Shown here piece after piece: positions 10,959-23,763 of a stretch of DNA of 64,000 bases. Below the pieces are notes generated by a model. That model worked only from the letters and a program-made list of their open reading frames with translations, was not told the origin of the DNA and searched no databases. The stretch comes from Basidiobolus meristosporus CBS 931.73 (taxonomy: Eukaryota; Fungi; Basidiobolomycota): assembly GCA_002104905.1 (NCBI GenBank), contig MCFE01000498.1, positions 1 to 64,000 on the forward strand, written 5' to 3'. Position 1 is the stretch's first letter, and each line of letters opens with the position of its first letter. The translations under genes were made by a program, and so were the position numbers.

Positions 10959-13900
10959 ATGACCGACCCGAACTCTTTTAACACATACACTGGGGCTGAC
11001 TATGGTGGACTAAATATAGACGACAGTCAAATGGACTGGCTAAAGAGTAAAAAAAGTGATGAACCTTTGATAGCAGCACCCAGTGGTTCCTCTGTACCCC
11101 ACATTAGACAGGTATTTCACCGATACAACACTGACGTATCCCGACAAAGGGCCATACCTGCTTTTGGAACCAGAACCTGCCGGACCGATGTTTCGACGAT
11201 CGGACGGCGTGAAGCTAATGACCCAGTATTCCAAGCATTAGATGAAAAGTAGCTGACCTTTGTTGTTCTGTCAGTTCTACATATTTTCTCACCATCGTTT
11301 TCATCCTTCCCAGTTCCCCCGAACTTCATTCACTAAGTGAAAAGAGACAGCTGAGCTTCCTCCCAGGCCTCCGAAACAGGCAAGGGTGGACTTATGATAG
11401 AGTACGGGAGGAGTACAAAGAACGAAAAGTGAAAGAACGGTAGGCGAAGATAAAAGGGTAGCACTTCAGTACCTTTTCTAACACTGTGGCATGATCGACA
11501 TTAGCGACAATCGATTCGGTCTCAGCCTATGGACGAAGATCAAAACGAAGGTGTACTGTGAACTGTACAAAGACAAACTCCTAGGCTTCGTCAATTCTGC
11601 AGAGAGAAGGCTCATCTTTGTAAATATCCATCGCACATCACGAGCTCATCAGCAGACATGTGACTAAGTCGACACTCCCCATGTAGGTTATACTCGACTT
11701 GATCGCCGATTTCCTATTCTGTATTTTGTACATGGTCGAGATGCAAATGTCCGAAGTAACTGGTTTTAGCCCACATTGGCTCTGGGTTGATCGGCCAACG
11801 GTTGTTTGGTACTTGATGATTCTTTTGACGTGCGAAAACATCATCTCTCGCCTCGCACGTTAGTTAATCCTTTCTTCTCTTTCTTCCTTGCCTTTGCTAA
11901 CTTTGCTTAAAGAGATTCTCTTTACCCAGACTACAAGGTAGGTGGTGGCTCGTTTCGTGGAATCCGAATGGGTCTTGACAGCCATGTTTTAGGTATTCAA
12001 CCATCATCAGTCTGTACACTTTCTTGGACGTGGTCACAGGAGCCCCAGTGATCGTCAGTCTATTTATCAAGCATGGGCAATATCTATATGGTAATTGATG
12101 GATAGCTCCGGATTCCATGATCAAATCAACATCTAACCTTCATCACAAGTCCCATATTTTCTTCGAAGTATTGTGGTGGTCTGGCGTATCAAGCGTGCCA
12201 TCCGTAACGTCATCTCCATCAACGCAGACAGACTTTACGATCCGCTTCTTATGAAGCTCATTGTATTGGTCGCTTACATCATCATCATCGTCTACAATGG
12301 CATGGCAGCATTCCAGTACTTTGAATTGATGTTTGCCAACACAAACTACAATCTCATCGAGAGCTTCTACTTCACAATCATCACCGTATCTACGGTGGGT
12401 TATGGTGACATAGTGCCAAAGTCGATTCCAGCCAAATTCGTGGTGATCCTGCTCATTGTTGTTGTCCTGACAATCCTGCCCGGCCTCATATCGGATATGC
12501 TAGAAACCTTGAACCAAAAGAATTGTAAGTCTTTGTTCACATGCCTTCACATGAATCCCTTTATCACTCACTCCGACAATTCCTTCAGCTGGCGGAGGAT
12601 CCTATGAAAGAATAAGAGACAGTAACCTGATTGTGATATGTGGGGTGTTTGATCGCATCCAAAGTGTAAGGGATATCCTCAACGGATTCCTTCATCAAGA
12701 ACGACAGTCCACTACGACACATCTTGTGTTCCTCGGGCGTGAGAAGCCTACGGTGCAAATTAAGGTTCTTTTCAACATGCCTAGTTACAAAAACCGGGTA
12801 ACGTACCTACATGGAAGCGTCTTGGTAAGTGTGGATTTCAATAGGCATTTCTTGGATCCAGTGCTAATTTCTGCCGTTCTCTTGGACCAGAATACGCAAG
12901 ATCTGAAAAGAGCTAGTGTGGAAACGGCTAGCGCCGTATTCATGCTATCAGGTATTCGTTCTTTGCACAAGGTTTACTTTGAGCAATAGGCTAACCGTTC
13001 ATCAGATCGCAACGTAGTAGATAGTATTGAGGAGGACGAGAACAATACCCTTCGTACCTGGGCCATTCATGTTTATGCTCCCCATGTCCCTATATACACG
13101 TACAATCACCATCCGTTTACTTCAGCCTATCAGAAGAGAGTTGTACGGCAGACGATCTGCCCTCAAGAGTTTCAACAGGTAGTCTTGTTGACATAGTAAC
13201 CCATCCCAGGGTGTCACAATAGCCTAAACTTTATTTGTAGGCTCTGATTGGACACAATTGCCTCTATAAGGGATCGGCGACGTTGATTTTGAATCTGTTG
13301 TACAACAGTCGGCCCATCGACAAATACTCGGAACCTTGGCAAGCGCAATATGGTAATGGCATACGGAGTCAGTCAATGGAAGTGGCAAGCATACTAATTT
13401 CAGTGGGCATTAGATGACGGTTCAGGAAACGAAATCTATTCTGGTCTCGTGAACCCAATATTTGTTGGGAAGCCTTTTACTTTTGTCTCGTGGGTGAGTA
13501 TCGAGACTGATTCGTTTGTTATGCTCATTTTACTAATACATTTACTAATACCTCGATATCGCAGTATCTGTTCCAAGAGTTTCAAGCGATTCTGTTTGCA
13601 GTGAGTGTGTATGTCAAAAAGTCCAACTCCCACCACATCGTTCTGAACCCTGGGAGTCACTACCTGCTTGGGCCCAAAGACATATGTTATTACATCAGCC
13701 AGGGTCCCGAAGAAGTTAACGACATCTCCAATCTGGTACGTATGCTTGCCCCACTCCTCCGGCGAAATGATGGGCTGACGCCTCTTCCTTCCAGAGTCAA
13801 AGTCAATTCGAAACCTCTTTGAAGCATATCGAATATTTGACTCCTTCAGAGCGTGATCTATTGATGAATCCGCATGTGGCCTCGAAATACACGACCTGCA

Positions 13901-15244
13901 ATCGGCGATCAGTCATAGAGAAGTTCCCTTCGTTTAATTCAGATATCATCATTGGGCAACCGCCACCACCCTACGAGGACTTGGACACCCCGCTTTGCCA
14001 TCTGCTCAAGTACCCAATTGAATCGGCAGAAAAGATCATTCTGCCAGACGCGCGTCGAATGACCGGCCATATTCTAATCTGCTCTGGCTACTCAGACCCG
14101 TTCAGATTGATATGTACCTTAAGGTGAGTGGTGTATTTACGTATACTCCGGCAAGCCCCCATTATTGACCACAGCTCTAGAGCCGCCCATATTACTTCAT
14201 CTGAGCATCGTCACATCGTCATCCTTCGTAATCAGCCGCCTACCGAAGATGAAGTCAAAATATTAGGGGTCTTCCCCGATGTCTACTTTGTTATTGTAAG
14301 TTCATGATGCTCATTTGGGATGTGGCCAGATTACTAAATACTCTTCAGGGGTTGAAGAGAAGTGAGAAAGATTTGCTTCGTGCTGGGATATTGGGCTGTA
14401 GCCGACTAATCATCTTGAGGAGACAAAATGTTGCTCAAAAACATGATGAATATGTAGATACATCAGTCATGTAAGTACCCTACCTACTGCTGAGCTGCTC
14501 TAAAGAGACGAAGGCTAATCCGACACCAACTAGTATGTGCAATCAATTGGCCAGAAGAATATTGAAGCAGCATGATGCTTGCAAGTATATCATGGTGGAA
14601 TTAGGTTTGTAGACTCGCTAGCTATCGGTCTAGTGAAATTAATGCTAACCTTATTTCAGTTGAGCAGGAGAATGTCAAGCTTCTACAGGCGACGGATAAG
14701 CACTCCAAGGATAAATTCACCAAAGTCTTTACCCATGCTGGCATCTACGCGTCTGGCCAGGTGTTCGTTGACTGCTTGATCGACCATCTTTTCTACCAAG
14801 TACGATATTCTCTTTCCACTCCTCTGTAGGACCCTAGCATTAAATAGATTCCATTTCAGAGCTATCACAACAAAGCCATCATGAAGCTGGTCAAACTGCT
14901 TTGTGGATTGCGTAGCCAGAAAGATCTCGCCCTTGACACGAAGCTCGATATAACATCCTCGTACCTGTGCTATATCAAAGTCCCGGAGAAGTTTGTGGTC
15001 AGTGTTGGTTGGATTTCTCTTGCGCCCGAGCACACACATTAACGACGATCTTTAATAGGGGATGCCATACAACTCATTGTACAGAGAGCTTGCCACTGAG
15101 CAGGGGATCATACCACTTGGCCTGTTCCGCGCTCCTGATCTGGATCTTGGAAATACAACGCCATTTGTATTTACGAACCCTGTACCAGCCATGCTGCTTA
15201 AGAATGACGATTTGGTATACGTCTTGAAAGTGACGTTTGATTAA
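10959..15244 (+). CDS. Calcium-activated BK/Slo-family potassium channel (pore plus two RCK domains), multi-exon
   Basis: Pore signature FYFTIITVSTVGYGDIVP, followed by RCK1-like exons (HLVFLG..., DLKRASVETASAVFML) and a C-terminal RCK2 (GIIPLGLFR...PFVFTNP...LLKNDDLVYVL). Many GT-AG introns with CTAAC-like branch sites. Confidence 0.85.
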
Positions 15245-15511
15245 TCTCGACCGTGCCATCATGTTCCATTCACGTATTGTTGTCGTGCTGACTATATATC
15301 GTGGACGTGTGTATATTGTATATTGGGGGAGATGAAAATGAACCAGCCGACAGCTAGAATACGTGCCCATAGAAATATATTAGCTACCTAATCACGAGCC
15401 TCACCATTGGCCAAATCCGTAAAAAATAAAGTCAAAATTTTGTTCCAGGCAAGGATTGTTATTTACGAGCATCTCCACCTCCCCTATCGCACACATTAGT
15501 TGAATCGAGGG

Positions 15512-16574
15512 ATGTTCTCACGTTGTGGCTTCAGCACCGCCCTCCGGCAAGTTCAGCGTGGATATACTACATCCAGGGTGGTGGATGCCCGACGCAACAG
15601 TTTCAAGCCATACCTTCTCCTTGGCGCCGGCTTGTGTCTGGGTGGGTACGGGTATTTAAGCTTTTCGCAGAAGAGAGTAGCTGGCATCGACTCTGACTGC
15701 TACACCCCGTTGTCCATCCAAGAAATCAGAGACGTCAATCACGACTCGAAAATATACAAACTGGCCTATAGCGACCAGGAAGCTCGGGCCGAAATCCCAG
15801 TCTCCAGCTCGGTGTACGTCAAGGACGATTCTATGCAAATCATGCGACCTTTCACCCCCATCTCCAGTTCCGATAGCAAAGGTTACTTGGAATTGCTTAT
15901 CAAGTTGTATCCGGACGGCTCGATGTCGCAGTTCTTGAAGGACCGCACAGTAGGTGATGTTCTCGAGGTTCGCGGGCCCATTGTAAATTGGGAATACCAA
16001 GCAAATGCTTACAAGGCCATTGGGATGGTAGGTTTCGCCTGTCTGGGACTGTATGCCAACGATATCCTAATGTATGTTTCGTTCACCAAAAGGTTGCTGG
16101 CGGCTCAGGTATAACACCAATGTATCAAATAATTCGCGGCATACTTCAGAATCCTGAAGATAACACCCGGGTCTCGCTGATATACGCCAACCGTAGCGAG
16201 GAAGATATATTGCTGCGCCAGGAGCTTGAATCCCTGGCGAAGCTTCACCCCAAACAGTTCACGTTATATTTCGTCGTGGATAAGGCGCCGGAGACTCGGG
16301 AGTGGTCGCAGGGAGTTGGCTTCGTGACCAGAGAGATGATTTCTCAGCATCTACCGAAGCCAGCTGGCGACGTCAAGATTCTTGTCTGTGGGCCAGACGG
16401 GTAACGACGCCTTCTTTCGTTGATAAAGTTATGCACGTATGGTACTAATCAACCACTCTCGCTAGAATGATGCGCCATATCTCCGGTCCACGTGCGCGTG
16501 ATTGGTCTCAAGGCGGCGTCTCTGGACTCCTAAAAGAGCTAGGCTACAGTGCCGAACAAGTATACAAATTTTAA
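15512..16574 (+). CDS. MCR1: Mitochondrial NADH-cytochrome b5 reductase (3 exons)
   Basis: N-terminal presequence and TM segment, FAD-binding RPFTP and IKLYPDGSMS, AGGSGITPMYQ, LIYANRSEEDILL, VCGP, and a C-terminal LKELGYSAEQVYKF. Confidence 0.88.
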
Positions 16575-17068
16575 ATCATTCCATCTGCATTCACATACCA
16601 TCAAACATGAATAAACTGGCATCAAGTCTGGCCAACCTAGTCCATGAGTAAACAACCAGCTATTACTTGGAACATCAGCCGTAACTCTGAGCTTTGGGAT
16701 CAATTTGTGTGTCGTTTTCATTGGTACTCCAGATCCCTTGTTGTGATAATGACTCTGGATGGATGCGATTGGTCAAAATGTTGGTACGTTTAATTCGGAG
16801 CATTTCCACATCCCCAGGTGGTCCCGGTCTGTGACGTATACTTCCATCTCGCCCTTGTCAAGCTGCACACATTGATGGCGCGTGGTCCGATTCCGACCAA
16901 ATTAGTTAGCAGGGACCTGAGCCAGCATCACAGAAATTGAACTTCCGTCCGGTCCTATCGTCCCAGAGAGATGAAACTACACGCGGCATTCCTAGCATTT
17001 TTCAAGCGGGTCCAAATTTGAGTGGTGCTGAACTTGACCTTTTAACTTTTCACTTGTGTTGAATAGAA

Positions 17069-20000
17069 ATGAGTTGGGCAAAGAAAGACGAGGATGGAGG
17101 TACTGGTTCAGCCTTTCTGTCTTCCCTCGACCTCCCTTCCCCTGTGTGCCACTGTTATTTACCTACTTCTATTGTGAACTTTAGGCGAGTCTGGCCTTTT
17201 GCATCACCTCGACAAAACCACAGTTCTCCAAGAGGCTCGAGTGTTCAACGAGACCCCCATCTCGCCCAAAAAGTGTCGCATCCTCTTGGCGAAAATCGCC
17301 TATTTGTTATATGTGGGAGAGTCGTTTGCCACCAACGAGGCCACCGACCTATTTTTCAGCATCACGAAGCTTTTCCAATCGAAAGATGTACCTTCCATTC
17401 AGCACCCTCACTTTTGCTTCTCACTAACCCTCCTTTGTGTAGACCGCCCTGCGTCAAATCGTCTATTTGGTGATTAAAGAGCTTTCCACCATCGCTCAAG
17501 ACGTCATCATGATCACGAGTAGCTTGACTAGGGACATGCAGCCCAACTCCGAAGCTATCTACAGACCAAATGCTATCCGTGCGCTTTGCAAGATCGTGGA
17601 TGTAGGCTTGTCTCCCTTTTTCCAGTGCCTTTGCTCGTTTTATTGATGTAGGTTTGCCTTCTCCACCAACAGGCCCATATGCTGCAAGGAGTCGAGCGCT
17701 TTCTAAAGGCAGCCATCGTAGACAAGACCACCTCTATTTCTTCTGCCGCATTGGTGTCCAGCTATCATATGCTCCCCATCGCCAAAGAAGTGGTGCGTCG
17801 TTGGGCTAATGAAGTTCAAGAAGCCATGAATTGCAAATCTAGTTTGGGATTCATGTCCTCGTCTTCATATAGCGGCAATGGCATCATGTCGCAATATCAC
17901 GCCATGGGCCTCCTCTATCAAATTAGACAGCACGACCGTATGGCAGTGATCAAGCTCGTTCAATCCTTTGCTGGCTCAGGGAGAGGATTCTTGAGCTCCT
18001 CAAGCACACTTCGTAGCACCATGGCCCATTGTCTGTTGATTAGATACGCCTGCAAGGTGATGGAAGAAGATCCTAGGTTTGTAGACTCCTGATCCCATCT
18101 GCGATCCCGACGAGCGCTCGCTAAACAACAGGTTGACTTCTAGCACGCAGAGACAACTCTTCGAGTTGCTCGAGGGATGGCTTCGCCACAAGAGTGACAT
18201 GGTGAACTACGAAGCGGCCAAGGCGATTTGCAACATGCAGAATCTATCCGCCAAGGAGCTGTTCTCCGCTGTCTCTGGTAAGCACCATGTTGGTTTCTAG
18301 CGTAGGGCCACTTCTAATGCACCCATACCCAGTGCTGCAACATTTCCTCTCCTCCTCCAAATCAACCCTTCGCTTCGCCGCCATCCGCACATTGAACAGG
18401 CTGGCCATGACCAACCCCACGGCAGTGTCGGTGTGCAATATGGATATGGAGAACCTCATCACCGATTCCAATCGTAGTGTGGCCACTTTCGCCATCACCA
18501 CCTTGCTTAAGACCGGAAACGAGGCCAGCGTCGACAGACTCATGAAGCAGATCAGTGGGTTCATGTCGGAGATCTCCGACGAATTCAAGGTGATCGTCGT
18601 GGAGGCGATCAGGTCGTTGTGCCTGAAGTTCCCCGCCAAGCATGGCACCATGCTTGCGTTCTTAAGCGGCGTGTTGAGAGACGAGGGCGGCTACGAGTTC
18701 AAGAGGGCTGTGGTGGAGGCGATCTTCGATCTCATCAAGAACATCCCCGAGTCCAAGGAGATTTCGCTGTCCCACTTGTGTGAGTTCATCGAGGACTGTG
18801 AATTCACCAAGATCTCCGTTCGCATCCTCCACCTCCTTGGTGTGGAGGGCCCCAAGACCCCGTCCCCCACCGTGTACATTCGTTACATCTACAATCGAAT
18901 TATCCTCGAGAATGCCATCGTTCGCGCGGCCGCCGTGAGCGCCTTGGGTAAATTTGGAGTGAATGTCAGCGACGAGAATGTCAAGAAGAGCGTTCGTGTT
19001 CTCCTGACCAGATGTCTCGACGACGTCGACGACGAAGTTCGTGACCGTGCCACTTGGGCCCTCAAGGTGATGGGCGACGAGGTGACTGCCGAGAAATACG
19101 TCAAGGACGACTCTTCGTATGCCTTGGCCGCTTTGGAGAGAAGCCTTGTGGACTACTGTAGCACCCCGGAAAGAACCGAGACACCATTCGACATCTCGAC
19201 CATTCCTCAGATCACCAGAAAGCAGGCAGAAGCCGAGCGTCACACCGTCAGCGCCATCGATTACGCCAACCTCGGCACCGTGCCAAGCATGACCAGTGCA
19301 AGCTCACCTTCTGTGGCTCAAGCATCGCAGGCACCAAAGGCCGATCAACAATCGTTTGCTGCAGAGATGGCGAAGATCCCCGAGTTCGCCAGCTTCGGCC
19401 CTCTTTTCAAGAGCAGTATCAAGCCAGTGGAGCTCACTGAGAGCGAAACCGAGTACGTGGTTACCTGCACGAAGCACATGTTCGCCGAACACGTCGTGTT
19501 CCAATTCCACTGCCACAACACTCTCAACGACTCTCTTCTGGAGGATGTCTCGGTCATCATGCAGACTGACGACGAGGGCTTGGAGGAAGTGGCTAACATC
19601 CCAGTGGAGCAGTTGGTCTACGACGTCCCCGGCTCCGTATTTGTGGCCTTCAAGAAGGAAGACCCCGAGGTGTTCCCAGTCGCCACTTTCTCCAACACGA
19701 TGAAGTTCGTGGTGAAGGATTGCGACCCAACTACCGGAGAGCCTGATGAGCAAGGTTACGAGGACGAATACCTGGTAAGCATAGGAGGATGTCGCACAAG
19801 CTTGTCGATGCTAACCTTTCTCACTTTTCACCGACTTAGTTGGAGGATGTGGAGCTCAGCATTGGCGATTACATTCTTCCCTCATACATCAGCGATTTCG
19901 GAAGGGTGTGGAATGATCTTGGTGAAGATGCCGAAGTGGTGGAGACATTTGCATTGACCGCCCTGGACAGTCTCCAAGGTAAGCTCCTCCTGCTAGGCAA

Positions 20001-20275
20001 ATGCGTTCCAGTAATCTCAACTGAATCTTGATTGAATTCTAGCTGCTGTGACCTCAATTGTCGATATCCTCAGTATGCAGCCATTGGAAAACACCGACTC
20101 TCCCAAGAGCCAGACAACTCATACACTTCTGCTCTCTGGAATCTTCCTGGGCGGAATCAAGGTGTTGGTTAAATCCCGTATGTCCTTCACCAAGACCACC
20201 GGAGTCACCATGGAGCTATCTGTTCGTAGTAGCGACGAAGAAGTTAGTCGGTTTGTCATGGCAACCATCGCTTGA
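17069..20275 (+). CDS. SEC21: Coatomer subunit gamma (multi-exon)
   Basis: Contains [61 protein letters not shown], the appendage [11 protein letters not shown] and YEDEY, and the C-terminal platform domain. Confidence 0.95.
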
Positions 20276-20513
20276 TTGGTTTTCAGAAGACGCCAACCAT
20301 CTAAGTGTATCTCGGCCCTTTCCTGTTACTGCTGCTATTCCTACTCCTGTTCCTGTTCCTTTCCCCTACAACTGTCAACCTTTACCCCCCCCCACCCCAC
20401 TATAAAAATAAACATAATGAGTGGAAATGATCTCGAATAGGCTTTATTTTAATATGCAGTTAGAAAATGAGGAAGTGTGGTGGGCATTGCTGTCTGCGCT
20501 TCTGAAATAAATG

Positions 20514-21728
20514 TTAGTCACGGAAGGCTCTACGAAGCGCTGGAGGAGTGCGCGACGGTGAAGGCTCTGAGTCGTGGCTGGCGTGTGCAACTTCAGGGTC
20601 TAGACTGACTTGCGTCGAAATGGATATTGGATGGGGAGCAATCCTTATTGTGGGTTGATACACTGGTGCGCTGGACTCCCTCGGTGTTGCTTTACTAGGT
20701 ACTCGTGGATGGTAGGAGCTGGTTTCTTCTCCAGAGTCCCTCGAGGATGGCGGTGAGGTGGGCGTTTCGCGGTGGATTATGCTGGTGCTGCTCCCGACCG
20801 AAATGGAATCCCGAGAGGCAACCGGCGGAGTTTGTTCTGCGCTGCTTCTCCGGGAGATTGATGTAGTAACCGAAACGCGGGAGTAGCGGGAAGCTGGCAG
20901 AGTGCTATGCGAGCTATTGTCCTCAATTGAAGAAGTGGAGTGACCAACCTCACTCGAATGGGACGATATTGACGATTGGGTATATGTGATGTTTCTACTC
21001 CAGGTGGTCGATGAGATAATGTGGGTGGTGTTGGTCCGTGCAATTGAAGTAGAATGCCTGGATTTGCTTGATAGATGCGAGGTTGGAGGTGGAGTATATG
21101 TGCTCCCGCTCAAGGAGGAGGCTGATGTTGACGATATAGTATGTGTTGTGTTTGTGCTTACCACTGTAGACAATGAAGCGTGAGTGGTGTTACTACTCCA
21201 CGAAATAGAAGTGACTGCGGTGGTTGCGGAAGAATGCGATGTTGACAGCACTGTGTGGGTGATATTTATACTCCTTACGATTGATGTAGTTGGATACCGA
21301 GTCTCACTTGGACGATGCGAACTGTACGTACTCCAGGCAGATGGAGTCATGGATGTATGAGAGCTCTCGCTGGTCCTCCAAGTAACGGGTAAAGGAGCAG
21401 TCATGTAGGAAGGAGGAAGAGTTTGTGACACAGAGGATGTGGTATCAATTTTTTGAGTACCAGCTGAAGACAAGGAAGACGCTCTACTTGAACTCCATGA
21501 TATGGGCGTCGTTGGCAGTGAATGTGAGTGATACGAGGCAGAGGGCTGTTCGGAGATGGGCCTGGATGTGGTAGAATGAGAGTTCGACAGGGAAGAGACC
21601 CAAGCGCATCCGCAGGTCGGGAGAGTTTGCTCCGAAGTATGGACATAAGTACCAGTAGGCGCACCAACTACGAAACTAGAATAGAGTATTGCCAAACTAC
21701 CGATGGTGAAAAACGTTTTGAGAATCAT
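20514..21728 (-). CDS. Secreted Ser/Thr/His-rich mucin-like protein, 404 aa
   Basis: Signal peptide MILKTFFTIGSLAILYSSFVVGA followed by a long low-complexity S/T tract. Intronless, with no obvious GPI signal. Confidence 0.7.
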   Translation of the reverse strand: MILKTFFTIGSLAILYSSFVVGAPTGTYVHTSEQTLPTCGCAWVSSLSNSHSTTSRPISEQPSASYHSHSLPTTPISWSSSRASSLSSAGTQKIDTTSSVSQTLPPSYMTAPLPVTWRTSESSHTSMTPSAWSTYSSHRPSETRYPTTSIVRSINITHTVLSTSHSSATTAVTSISWSSNTTHASLSTVVSTNTTHTISSTSASSLSGSTYTPPPTSHLSSKSRHSTSIARTNTTHIISSTTWSRNITYTQSSISSHSSEVGHSTSSIEDNSSHSTLPASRYSRVSVTTSISRRSSAEQTPPVASRDSISVGSSTSIIHRETPTSPPSSRDSGEETSSYHPRVPSKATPRESSAPVYQPTIRIAPHPISISTQVSLDPEVAHASHDSEPSPSRTPPALRRAFRD

Positions 21729-22325
21729 GATGCAGCTGCTTCGCCTTCACACTTAAAAATCTTGATTTATATGTGTTACAACTTGGGCTAAGTAAAGGCA
21801 AGCTCTACATATGGGTTTAGCAACTGGCTGAGGTTTAGTGGATGAGCACAACTATCCAAGCCCACACACCAAATCAAGCCTCTACTCATTTTCCTCACCC
21901 ACACCCACACCCCTCCCCTATCCTCTATTTCTCCGCTCAAGTTGAACAGATTCGGTGGCATTGATATGTTTGACGCATAGGTAATAAAAATGATTCTTAC
22001 CTTCATGATGATCATATATTTTAACATATGGATCAGCTAATGTGTGTTTGCGTGTGAAGGAGGGAGGAGGGAGGAGGTCAGATTAGTGGAACCGACGATC
22101 TTGAAACGAATAAACTGGATTAGCCTGATTTTCCCAGTGGTTGTCTGTTGCTCATCCCTTTACACTCGTCATCCTGTTCGTAGATGATGCACTTTACCAT
22201 GTATCCATTACTTCGTTCTTCCCTGATTGATACTCATCCATATTCGTATTGGTTCACCCTCAGCCTTGCCCCCCTTCAACAGATATAAGGGCAGAGTGCG
22301 TTCTGATTACTACCAACACTCAACC

Positions 22326-22697
22326 ATGCACTTCAACAATCTGCTCTCATTCGGCTGCTACGCACTCATGTACAGCACTCTTGGCCAGGCTGCTCCCACC
22401 AGTAGTCCCGCAAACAGAGCCACTCCCACTCCTACCGGCTCATGGTCCACCTCATGGTCATCATCGTGGTCGTCCCCAACAAGTTCCTGGACTTCATCAT
22501 GGTCATCGTCCTGGTCCTCTGCTGCCGCCTCCACCCCCACACCCACTCACAAACCTAACAACATCCATGCCAGAGCTCCTTACAGCTGGACATCCTCCTG
22601 GTCGTCAAGCTGGTCCGCGAAGACATCCTACTCTTCCTGGAGCAGCTCGTGGTCACTCCGACGATCTGCTCGTCCAAGAGCCACGCCAGTGGCATGA
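22326..22697 (+). CDS. Small secreted Ser/Trp-repeat protein, copy A (intact, 123 aa)
   Basis: Signal peptide MHFNNLLSFGCYALMYSTLGQA, then SWSTSWSSSWSS-type repeats. A TATA-like gatataag lies ~45 bp upstream and AATAAA lies downstream. Confidence 0.7.
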   Translation: MHFNNLLSFGCYALMYSTLGQAAPTSSPANRATPTPTGSWSTSWSSSWSSPTSSWTSSWSSSWSSAAASTPTPTHKPNNIHARAPYSWTSSWSSSWSAKTSYSSWSSSWSLRRSARPRATPVA

Positions 22698-23232
22698 TGA
22701 AATCATCTTATCTCTTGGTCAAGCCTTGACTTGCACACTCCACTCTTCTCAAATGGAAACCATTCAACATTGATCCCCCAAAATAAGCAATCTCATTCAA
22801 TAAACATATGACCAGAGTTTTGAAAGTGACCAGCTCGCTATGATATTTATGCCATTAAACAAAATTGCCCTGATTGGCTGTTCTCTAATTGTTGCTGCTA
22901 GGCTCGACTATGCTCTACCCACTTATCGATGTGCTATCATCACTTTCATTCGCATCCGCATCCGCATCCACACCACTGGAGCTCTGTCATCCAGTCAGTA
23001 GCTCTATACCGGTGAGAATCAGGCTTACCAAGTGGTTGTAACTAGTGCTCATCCCTATTCCTTCAGCCCGCATACACACTCATCCTCAAGTTTGCAATAC
23101 CACATCAGTATTGGTGCTCCATCACCCTCAGCCAACAGCTACGCGAATATATATATATATATATATATACTGGATGATCGAGAGAGAGATTCCACAGCAC
23201 CAATCGATCCACCTCACTACCAACACTCAGCC

Positions 23233-23614
23233 ATGCACTTCAACAATCTGCTCTCATTCGGCTGCTACGCACTCATGTACAGCACTCTTGGCCAGGCTGC
23301 TCCCACCAGTAGTCCCGCAAACAGAGCCACTCCCGCTCCACTCCACTCCTACCGGCTCATGGTCCACCTCATGGTCATCATCGTGGTCGTCCCCTGCTCG
23401 TTCTTGGACTTCATCATGGTCATCGTCCTGGTCCTCTGCTGCCACCCCCACCCCCACACCCACTCACAAACCAAACAACATCCATGCCAGAGCTCCTTAC
23501 AGCTGGACATCCTCCTGGTCGTCAAGCTGGTCCGCGAGGACATCCTACTCTTCCTGGAGCAGCTCGTGGTCACTCCGACGATCCGCTCGCTCAAGAGCCA
23601 CGCCAGTGGCATGA
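23233..23614 (+). CDS. Ser/Trp-repeat secreted protein, copy B (two 1-nt deletions in C runs; frameshifted as assembled)
   Basis: Same signal peptide and repeats as copy A. The sequence gctccactccactcct lacks two C relative to the in-frame ATPAPTPTPT. Confidence 0.6.
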
Positions 23615-23763
23615 TAAAATGGCTACAACCCTCAGCCCAGCCTTAACTTGCACATTCCCCACTTCTCATATGGAAACCGTTCAACATTAGTTCACCCAGA
23701 ATATGCAATCTCGTTCAATAAACATTTTCTATTTTTGCTACAACGACAATCCAGATACCAAGG

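Larger units (their letters stand above)
21850..23722 (+). repeat. Left arm of a ~1.9-kb inverted segmental duplication
   Basis: Reverse-complement match to ~26632-28468. Near-identical over ~22700-23330 and more diverged at the outer end. Confidence 0.9.

Noticed and set aside
16640-16990. Possible small spliced minus-strand gene (…MEVYVTDRDHLGMWKCSEL…) between MCR1 and SEC21
   Set aside because: Splice signals are plausible, but I could not assemble a convincing model or assign a family. RNA-seq would settle it.
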